Source of the DNA: Antechinus flavipes
Taxonomy: Eukaryota
Reading direction: 5' to 3'
Assembly: GCF_016432865.1 (NCBI RefSeq)
Contig: NC_067401.1
Location: 110,980,001 to 111,044,000, forward strand
DNA length: 64,000 nt
Below the pieces are notes generated by a model. The model worked only from the letters and a program-made list of their open reading frames with translations, was not told where the DNA came from and did not search any database. This document shows positions 1-8,941 of the stretch, piece after piece (position 1 is the stretch's first letter; each line of letters opens with the position of its first letter). The translations under genes and the position numbers were made by a program.

Positions 1-408
1 CTGTGCACAGATCTGCCCTCAGGTCTCTCTAGCCTCTAACGCTGGTGTTGTTTTGTGCACCGTTAGGTACTTCTCCCATGCCCCGGGTTGCTCTTCTACT
101 GTTTCTCCAATTCCCCACTTTCCTCAGCAGACTTTCGCCCTTCCCTCATCCGCTCCGCTCTCCACCTAGCTACCGACAATCTCCTTCCCTAATCCATGAA
201 GGGCTACAGGTAACCACCAGGGGGCAGAATAGACCTATTACCTCTGGTGCGCGCAGTTGGAGGATGGGCGTGGAGAGACCCCAAAGAGCTTACCCTGTTT
301 ATTACTTCCTTCTTCCTACCCCCCTCCTATCTCTCGCCCCCCCCCCCCATACACACACACCCATGAGAAAATCCAGAAGGCACCCAGGCATACAGAAAAA
401 CCCACCCT

Positions 409-494
409 GGGGCGGGGACTGTCGGGTTTCAGGCCCGATCTACCGTGCAGAACGAACTGGGAGGGGTTGGCAATGGGTGAGGCTGTTTCGGGAA
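409..494 (+). promoter_or_regulatory. MUC1: MUC1 distal promoter module: GC box plus degenerate STAT/GAS-like site
   Basis: GGGGCGGGGAC at 409-419 within CTGGGGCGGGGACTGTCGGGTTTCAGG, which resembles the human MUC1 upstream sequence as recalled. TTTCGGGAA at 486-494 lies at about the position of the human TTCCGGGAA STAT site. Confidence 0.5.
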
Positions 495-928
495 ATGGGG
501 GGGAGTAGCTATTCCAAACTCAACTTTCCTTTCTGCTGGGGACCCAACAAGGAGCGGGGAAGGGGGGAGTCCTGGGAAAGGTCCTAAATGAATCTATATC
601 CCAGGGAATCAGGGACTCTGGGGGCTGGAAGATGCTCTAGTGTCTGCAGCCCTGAACCCTTGTGGTTCCAGAGCTACTAACCTAACCTAATAGTTAGTCT
701 CCGTTCCATTTTCCTCAGCCCAGAAACTGCCCCGGGGCTCAGAAAGAAGATCTGGGTTCCAAGTAGCCAGACTCCCCTCTATGTGGAAAGAAGGAAAGGA
801 GATGAGAGGTTACCAGGTGGAGAAGAAACTCAGAGGGCTGAGCGATCTGGAGCCCAGTGTACCCGAGGGGTCAGGAATGTGTGGGGAGGAGGAGGAAAAG
901 TAGAAGGGGAGGAGGGATTGCGAAGGGG

Positions 929-995
929 GGGGCGGGGTTGTGTCACCTGTCACCTGTTGGGGCTGTCGGGGCCTCTGGCAGAGGACCGGTATAAA
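929..995 (+). promoter_or_regulatory. MUC1: MUC1 proximal promoter: Sp1 GC box, tandem CACCTG E-boxes (E-MUC1), TATA box
   Basis: GGGGCGGGGT at 929-938; CACCTGTCACCTG at 944-956; TATAAA at 990-995, about 85 nt upstream of the ATG. Same order as the known human MUC1 promoter. Confidence 0.85.
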
Positions 996-1078
996 GCAGC
1001 GGGCTCCAGAGCCCGACCCAGCTTTTGGGGCAGAACCCGGCCCTGCCTGCTCCGTGCTCTCCTCCGCTGGTTACCACC

Positions 1079-4000
1079 ATGACCCCGGGCATCCAACCCA
1101 CCCTGGTCCTTGTACTGTTCCTGTTACCTACAGGTGAGGGCAGAGGAAAAACTGACGGGGAAGGGGTGGCTTGGCTCAGACGGTTTTTGTTTTTGTTTTT
1201 TGCCCCTGGGCTAGAGTTTTGGTTCTTTTTTACCTCTGCAGAGGGAACTAAAGAAAGAGGGAATCCTGGTGTAAGGGTGATCTGGGGGTCTCTAAGTTGG
1301 GACAAAAGCACAGGAGGGAGAAGAAAGGGTCACAGAGACCTAAGACTGAGAAGGGGCCTTACTGGAAAGACTTGGCAGTGGGCAGTGAGGAATCTTGGTT
1401 GATTTACCTAGAATATTTTTTTGGGGAGCAGACAGATATGGAAGTTGGAGAGGGGGAACAGAGCAATAATGGAAGAAAATAGAAGCAGAAACCCAGAGAG
1501 GGAAGTTATGGGCTAGCAATGGAGTCAAGGAAGGTGAAGTAATATCTGGTGTCTTTGGGTTTCTCCATTCACACCCATCCCCTTCCTAAAATTTCTTCCT
1601 TGTGCTTTCTGCCTAAATCTCTCTGGGTCTGTTGTTTCTCCCTGATTTGTTTGGACTCCAGCTTAACCTAGTGTTTCTAACTTCTTATAGCTGTCCTCCA
1701 CAACACCACTGGCACAGCAATTACAACTACAGCTGCAGACAGAACCAGTAGCAACAGAAATACAGAGAATGACAGTACAACAGCAGTGACCTCACATGCT
1801 ATAGCTTCATCTAGCACACACAAACCCACATCTGATCACCACAGCATCACAACTGAACATTCTGACAGTCACAGTTCCAACTCCAGCCACCAGAGCATCA
1901 CAACTACACAACCTGACAGTCACAGCTCCTCCACAACCTCTGGTCACCTTAGCGTCATAACTGAACGTCCTGACAGTCACAGTTCCAACTCCAGCCACCA
2001 GAGCATCACAACTACACAACCTGACAGTCACAGCTCCTCCACAACCTCTGGTCACCTTAGCGTCATAACTGAACGTCCTGACAGTCACAGTTCCAACTCC
2101 AGCCACCAGAGCATCACAACTACACAACCTGGCAGTCACAGCTCCTCCACAACCTCTGGTCATCTTAGCGTCATAACTGAACGTCCTGACAGTCACAGTT
2201 CCAACTCCAGCCACCAGAGCATCACAACTACACAACCTGGCAGTCACAGCTCCTCCACAACCTCTGGTCACCTTAGCGTCATAACTGAACGTCCTGACAG
2301 TCACAGTTCCAACTCCAGCCACCAGAGCATCACAACTACACAACCTGGCAGTCACAGCTCCTCCACAACCTCTGGTCATCTTAGCGTCATAACTGAACGT
2401 CCTGACAGTCACAGTTCCAACTCCAGTCACCAGAGCATCACAACTACACAACCTGGCAGTCATAGCTCCTCCACAACCTCTGGTCACCTTAGCGTTACAA
2501 CTGAACGTCCTGACAGTCACAGTTCCAATTCCAGCCACCAGAGCATCACAACTACACAACCTGGCAGTCACAGTTCCTCCACAACCTCTGGTCACCTTAG
2601 CGTCACGACTGAACGTCCTGACAGTCACAGTTCCAACTCCAGCCACCAGAGCATCACAACCACACAACCTGGCAGTCACAGCTCCTCCACAACCTCTGGT
2701 CACCTTAGCGTCACAACTGAACATCCTGACAGTCACAGTTCCAACTCCAGCCACCAGAGCATCACAACCACACAACCTGGCAGTCACAGCTCCTCCACAA
2801 CCTCTGGTCACCTTAGCGTCACAACTGAACATCCTGACAGTCACAGTTCCAACTCCAGCCACCAGAGCATCACAACTACACAATCTGACAGACACAGCTC
2901 CTCCACAACCTCTGGTCACCTTAGCGTCACAACTGAACATCCTGACAGTCACAGTTCCAACTCCAGCCACCAGAGCATCACAACTACACAACCTGACAGT
3001 CACAGCTCCTCCACAACCTCCATATACTATAGTCCCACATCAGTAGCCCCTGACCATCACATTTCCCCTATAATCCCTGGTCACCATAGCAACACATCTG
3101 CACCTCCTGACCATCACACCTCAACCACAACCCTTGGTCACCATAGCAACACATCTGCACCCCCTAACTATCACACCTCCAGTACACCCACTAATCATCA
3201 TGTCACCATAGCTACAAAAAGCACCAAAATCATTACAGCAACAACTGGTAATCAGAAGAGTATTTCTTCAACCCTTTACCAGAAAGTCACATCTGCCCCT
3301 GACAATAATCACAGCTCCATATCACAACCCAGTACGATCAGCCAAAGTACCCCTTACCTCCCAGTTGACATTAATGAGAGTGTCATGTTTTTCCTCTCAT
3401 TCGTCATCACCAATCTGCACTTTAATTCTTCTCTGGAAAATCCCAGCTCCTTCTACTACCGAGAATTGAAGAATTCTATCAGTGGTCTGGTAGGTACCAT
3501 CCTCTCCCCTATGGGTTGGGAAATCAGACTGTTTTCCTCACCTCCAAATAGCCATTTAATCCTCTGACATCCTGGCTATCCTTCTTCCTTCTTCTCTTTT
3601 CCTAGTTGCAGCAGATCTACAAAGACAAGGCATTTGTGACTTTTTCCCTGCTCCAATTCAGGTACCAGTCTACAGATGTGGGTGGTGTTGAGGGTGGGTA
3701 GGATACCAGCTTAGATATGGGAAAGAGTACCAGTTCCAGAAGGAGGGGGAAGTATTCTGAACCAGGAGCTGGAACCTATAGGACTTAGGTGCAAATCTCC
3801 CTGTGCCCAGAAAGGGCTCTGTGATTACAGAATGTGCTGTGGTCTTCCAAGAGGGCAGCATCACAACCAGTCAAGTACAGAAACTGTTTGCTGAAAATGT
3901 GAAGAAAGGTTACCTCTACAACCTGACTATTTCACCATCAGATATAATTGGTAAGTTGAGTGTCCTTCCTACTGCCTCCCCCTGCCCCATATCTGCCAGA

Positions 4001-5828
4001 GTCATTACTCAGGCACTCTCTGAGAACTTGGAGTCTTCCCCCAAATAGTCTGCTCCCAAGCCAGGAATCCATATTTCCAGGTTTGGTTATTGCCCCATAC
4101 TTTTGGGTCTCCTTTGACCTAAGTACACAGTCTCCCAGAACACCTTTCCCTTCCGTGGGAGGGGAGCAGGGGTCTTAAAGAAGATGGGGACACAGAACCC
4201 TGGGAGAGTTCTTTACACTTCAACTCTTCCATCTAGTCCGTGAGTGGAATTCTGAAGCCTCATCTACTGGCTCTGCTGTGCCTGGCTATGCCATTGCTTT
4301 GCTTGTGATAGTCTGTATCCTGCTCGCTTTGGCGATTTTCCACTTTGCTGTCCTGGTAAGTGCTTTGTCCAGCCCAGATATTTGGGTCCTCCCCCATCTT
4401 GGCTCCCTAGCCATTACTCACTGTGCCCCTTTGCCTTTATCTCCACCACTCTAGGGGATATCTTACTTCCGCCGGAAACATTATGGACAGCTGGATATCT
4501 TCCCATCCCAAGATTCTTATCATCCCATGAACGAGTACCCCCCTTATCATACCCATGGGCGATATGTGCCCCCAGGCAGCACCAAGCGCACTCCCTACGA
4601 AGAGGTGAATTTATACTCAGTGGGCACTGGGAAGGCAAGTGTGATTGGCGTCAAGGGACTCGGGATATATTCAGTGCGCAATGGGCACCGAGAAGTGGGC
4701 TTGACAGAGCATAGACCTCACAGTGTAGTGAGAGAATCTGAAGGATTTCAAACAGACACCAACGAGGAGTGGGCATTGGAGAACACAGGAGCGTAGTCTC
4801 TGCTGGATGGAGAGGGCCAGCACTGGGGGGGAGGATTGAAAAGGGGCCGAGGGCCTGGAAGTGGATGGTCCAGGAAGTCAGGGCGAAGGGAGTTCAGGGA
4901 GCCAGTGACCACCTCCCTTCCTCTTCATTCCCTCGGGAGGGTGCCAGGGACACTGGGTGCCCATGGTGCCTGCACCAAGCACTTCATGGCTCAGCAGACT
5001 TGGCTCCTATCTAGGCAACTGCCCGGGTGCCCAGAGGGCAGAATGGGTGGTTTCTGCTGCCTGGGGGGGGGAGGGGGTACTAGTCCCTGAAGGGCTACAA
5101 GGATGGTACTGTGAGTGGTGAATTTGTAAATGCTTAGGGAGAGGGGCAAACATTTTGGTTTTATATTTATTTTTAGTTTTTGGTTTGTTTTTGGTGGGAA
5201 GACAGGAAAACCCAATCGGGATTAGATGAAAGGGGGGTAGGGGTGGCGGCAATTCCCAGAAGGCCCAGAGGCAGCTTTTTCTATTTTCCCCACATACTCC
5301 CCTTTCCTCTCCCTCCCTCCATCAGGCTCAGGCCACTTGGTAAATAATTACCATTCTCCACCTTGGGCTAAAACTTAGGGTGGGGGAAGGGAGACTCTTC
5401 CCTACTCTCTCCGAGTTCTGTTGCCCACTCCTCGGCCTTTCAGCTCTTTGTCTGGTCCCGCTCTTGGGGGAGGAGGGAATTAAAGGAGCTTGAGATAAGA
5501 GGGTGGGGGTGGGAAGACTAAGGCTAAGAGCCGAGCAGAGGGAAGAGGGAGAGAAAGACGTTGTTTACAGTCGCATGGGACTGTTGGTGGGGCCCCGGGC
5601 AGGTGCTCTGTCTGTGTTAACCCTGTAGGGGAGTGTGTAGGGGACCCTGCTGCCCTTCTCCACCAAGGGGAATACTGGGGGCACCATGCCCTTCCCTAGT
5701 ACCTCTTCCCCGTACCCCTTAAAAATGTAACATACACATGTTCCTTCCTCCCCACTCAGATCTCTCCTGGAAATGGTGGCAACAGCCTCTCTTACGTGAA
5801 TCCAGTGGCCACTTCTGCTAACCTATGA
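1079..5828 (+). CDS. MUC1: Mucin-1 (transmembrane mucin; SEA domain), 795 aa, 7 coding exons
   Basis: join(1079-1133,1691-3489,3606-3661,3811-3950,4237-4355,4455-4604,5760-5828), 2388 nt, all GT-AG and in frame. Signal peptide [16 protein letters not shown]; Ser/Thr repeat; SEA domain with FRKG/SVIT autocleavage site; [26 protein letters not shown]; tail [12 protein letters not shown]...[26 protein letters not shown]. Confidence 0.96.
1861..3020 (+). repeat. MUC1 coding VNTR, 108-bp (36-aa) unit, about 10.7 copies
   Basis: Units start at 1861, 1969, 2077 ... 2941. Consensus [17 protein letters not shown] + P(D/G)[13 protein letters not shown](I/T)TE(R/H). Confidence 0.97.
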
Positions 5829-6078
5829 AGGAATCGTGCCAGCCTTGTGCCTAGGGCCAAGCATTGCCGGGAGCACTTCCCCTCCTCTCCCTGGAAGGGA
5901 AAGTGAGAAGTGCCCTGAGGGCCCCTTCCTGGAAGGCGCATTAGACCCCCCTCCCCCATCTCCATAATCCATCTCCAGATGTCAGAGATTGCCTGCTGCT
6001 ATCCCACCCTCACGCCTGCTCCTGAGGGGAAGGAGCCCGGGTGGGTAGGGATGGGGGAAGAGGAATTGTATGTGGTTG

Positions 6079-6084
6079 AATAAA
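6079..6084 (+). terminator. MUC1: MUC1 polyadenylation signal
   Basis: AATAAA 250 nt after the stop codon. Confidence 0.75.
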
Positions 6085-6619
6085 GCTGATGATCCCACAC
6101 ACAGAGGACATCTCCCAACCTTTCATTCTTCCTTCTTCTGACCCAGCCCACCTTCTAACTACCCTTAAACTCAAAGGCCCCAGTGGGCTTGGGGTAGAAC
6201 CGCTTTGGGGGGATGGGGCAAGAATTGGAAAAGGAGGGAGGATGGTATGAAATTGGGACGATAGGTGGGCAATGTCTCCAAGTTTTACAGAGGAAGTGAA
6301 GGTAAGAAAGTTTAAATGGATTTGTCCTAGGTTATAGGTGTAATAGTGGGACCCGTTGATAATGGTAGGAGTGTTTGAGGGGAAGGAGGAGGATCCTGAT
6401 GGGAAATTTGGGAGTAGTTTATATCTTGGGACTGAGGATATTGGATAGAGGTGCTTGAAGGTCAATAAGGATTTGAGGGAAAAGGTGAAGAGACCATAGA
6501 AGAGGAACGAATGTAGAGGGGATGTTGTGGGAAATGAGTCAGGGATTTTGAAATAGGGGAAAGGAGATGTTTGCTGTAGGTGAGTGCATTAGAAAAGCAT
6601 GTGAGTTGAGGTGGTGGCT

Positions 6620-6737
6620 TCTTAGTCTGCCCTAGATTAGCTGTTTGACCTTGGGTATCGATGACTCCCTCCTTTGTGCCTTAGTTATCTCATCTGTAAA
6701 AACAAGCAAATTGGACTAGACAATCTCTTAAGGTCCA
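6620..6737 (+). mobile_element. MIR-family SINE fragment
   Basis: CORE-like tgaccttggg...cttagttatctcatctgtaaaa followed by a ttggactaga...aaggtcc tail. Boundaries approximate. Confidence 0.55.
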
Positions 6738-7654
6738 TTTCTCCCCCTCTCCCCTTTTTTTCGCTTTTATGCAATTTTGAGTTCCAAATTTTTTTTTAAG
6801 TTTTGACTGATTCTTGACATCTCATTGAGTTACTCACTTCCATTCTAGTTTTTAGTGAAGTTCCAGATTTTTCTCCCCAGCCCCCCAAAGTCCATTCCAT
6901 TTGTAGCCTCCTGTGTGCTGTGTTCCAAGGGGATTGCTAGTCTTGGCAAGAAGGGGGAGCTGGAAGGAGTGGGGTGACCGGGACGCCTTCTAAGATTGGC
7001 AACAATATCTAGGACTACTTGGTAGTGTGAATGGCCTCAGTTTGTCAGAAATCTTGCCCGTCACTACATTTTTGATGATTCCCAGAAGGAAGGAGGAAAC
7101 GAAACCGAGAGAGAGGAGAGCTCAGTGTCAGAAGGAGTGAGCTTGCCTCACCCTCCCCTCCTCCCCCCAGCCCTAGACGTGCTTGGTTGTACTGGCTCAA
7201 CCCAGAAAGGGGTTTCTTCTCACACCAAAGCAGGTGGAGCCTTGGTCCCCTCCTTCACCCCTGGCCCCGTGCCGGGGGCAGCTCTATTCTTAGTTGACTT
7301 GGTATTAAGTAAATCCCAGGGCAATGATAACAGTCGCAGAGTCAACAGAGCTTCGATAAGAAGGGCTGTGTTAGATCCGGGCACTGGCACGGTCCCAGTT
7401 CCCTCCATTTTCAAGGCTGCCCCGACAGCTCCCGAATTAGCTCCTCCTGGCTTTGTCAGCCCCCCCCCCCCATCTGTGGCGGTTTGGGGTCCATCCTTCC
7501 CCCCCACTCTGGGAATGAGAGGTGCCACCCTGCCGAGGAGCCACGCCCTGCCTCCTTAGCTGGGTTACCCGACCGATGGGTGGCTAAGGCCTGGCTGCCC
7601 GCGGCCCGGGGGAGGGGCCCCTGCCTGTCCCAAAGCGGTCTCCACTCGGAGGGA

Positions 7655-7673
7655 CAGTGCCCTCTGGCGCTCA
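7655..7673 (-). promoter_or_regulatory. Candidate CTCF site between convergent MUC1 and TRIM46
   Basis: Minus strand TGAGCGCCAGAGGGCACTG closely matches the CTCF core CCRSYAGRKGGCRS. It sits in a GC/CpG-rich block. Confidence 0.55.
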
Positions 7674-8007
7674 CCTGCGGCATGGCACTGTCAGTGGGGA
7701 GGAGGGTGCCCCGTGTGCTGCTTGGAAGGGTGTGGGGGGGCTGGGCGGTCTCCGTGAGTGCGGGCGCCCCTGCCCTGCCCTCCCCGTGCACGCGGTGTGT
7801 CCCTGTCGGGGTGACGGGGGGCTGGGGGCTGCCCTAGCTCCTGGGAAAGACCACGGTTTAGTGCAGAGATCTCCTCCCCTGTCAGGGAACTCTAGTGGCC
7901 AGCCAGCTTCTCAGGACTGAAATGAGAGTCCTGCTTTCCATCACTGTAAATGCGGCAAAGGGGGCTCTGAAAGGAATGGCTACACCAGGCTGTGTCTGGC
8001 ATCTTCC

Positions 8008-8013
8008 TTTATT
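8008..8013 (-). terminator. TRIM46: TRIM46 polyadenylation signal (probable)
   Basis: AATAAA on the minus strand, about 930 nt after the stop codon. Confidence 0.55.
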
Positions 8014-8941
8014 GGTAGAAACTGTGAAAATAACAGCCGTCGGCACAGACCGGAGCGCTGCCCACCACAGGGGATACAGGGTGGGCACCGGAGATACTGC
8101 TCAGCCTCGCCCGCCACGGGGTACTGGGCCCTGCCCACCAGGGCCCCTGGGAAGACTGGCACACTGGCAGTGGGGAATGGGGAGGGCCAAACATGCAGAG
8201 GGAAAGGAGGGGAGGACATGCAGCCAGAGAAACTGGGGTACCCCTGATAAAGCAAGCACGACAGAAAGGGGCCCCAGCCCCTCGCTCCCAGCAGGCACCT
8301 TCCTGTGGCCGCCTGGGATAGAGTGCCTGGGCCCTGCCAGGCGAGCAAAGAGCTTACCAACCTCGGGTGGGGAGCAGGGAAGTTAGCAGGGCGTCAGTGA
8401 GAAATTGGGGGGTAGTCCTCCCTGGGAAGTGTCCCCCAGACCTAGATCCCTTACTCTAAGCCAGACTGAAAGAATCAAGGTACAGTAGTGAGAGGGGATA
8501 TAGTAGGCACGTGCCCATTCTGGGTGACTTGATTAAGATGCCCAGGCAGGATGGGCGAGGAAATTTGAGTTTTTTTTCCTGGGATGTGTAAACTCAGTAG
8601 ATCCTATGCCTAGGCCAGGAGAGAGTGAAAAAGGTAGCGGGCAGCCCAGTACCTAGGAATGGTGGAGGATGTACCCGAGCCAAGGAGACTGACGGGGAGT
8701 AAGATGAAGCCCTATGGAAGGGTTACAGGAGGCAGTACCAGGGAGGAACTGACAGAAACTGGTCAGGGGACAAGGGGGCAACTAGGAGGAGATGTGGAGG
8801 GAAAGCTCCTAAGGGGAGGGAGCCGGGGCAGGGGGTGCCCCCAAGGCTCTGGGAGCCTGGGCCGGGCTTAGGGCTCATGGTGTGGCGTAGATCAGGAATC
8901 CAGGAGAACAGGACCCATAGCACCCACCATGTCTGTGGGGC

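Noticed and set aside
1-900. miR-92b, expected upstream of MUC1 by synteny
   Set aside because: The mature sequence TATTGCACTCGTCCCGGCC was not seen on either strand; it probably lies outside the window.
1807-3003. 398-aa antisense ORF with Cys/Val repeats
   Set aside because: It is the shadow of the MUC1 VNTR; the repeat unit simply lacks stops on the minus strand.
7125-7837. Overlapping 100-144-aa ORFs on both strands between MUC1 and TRIM46
   Set aside because: Pro/Gly/Ala-rich, no recognisable domain and no convincing splice context; typical of GC-rich non-coding DNA.
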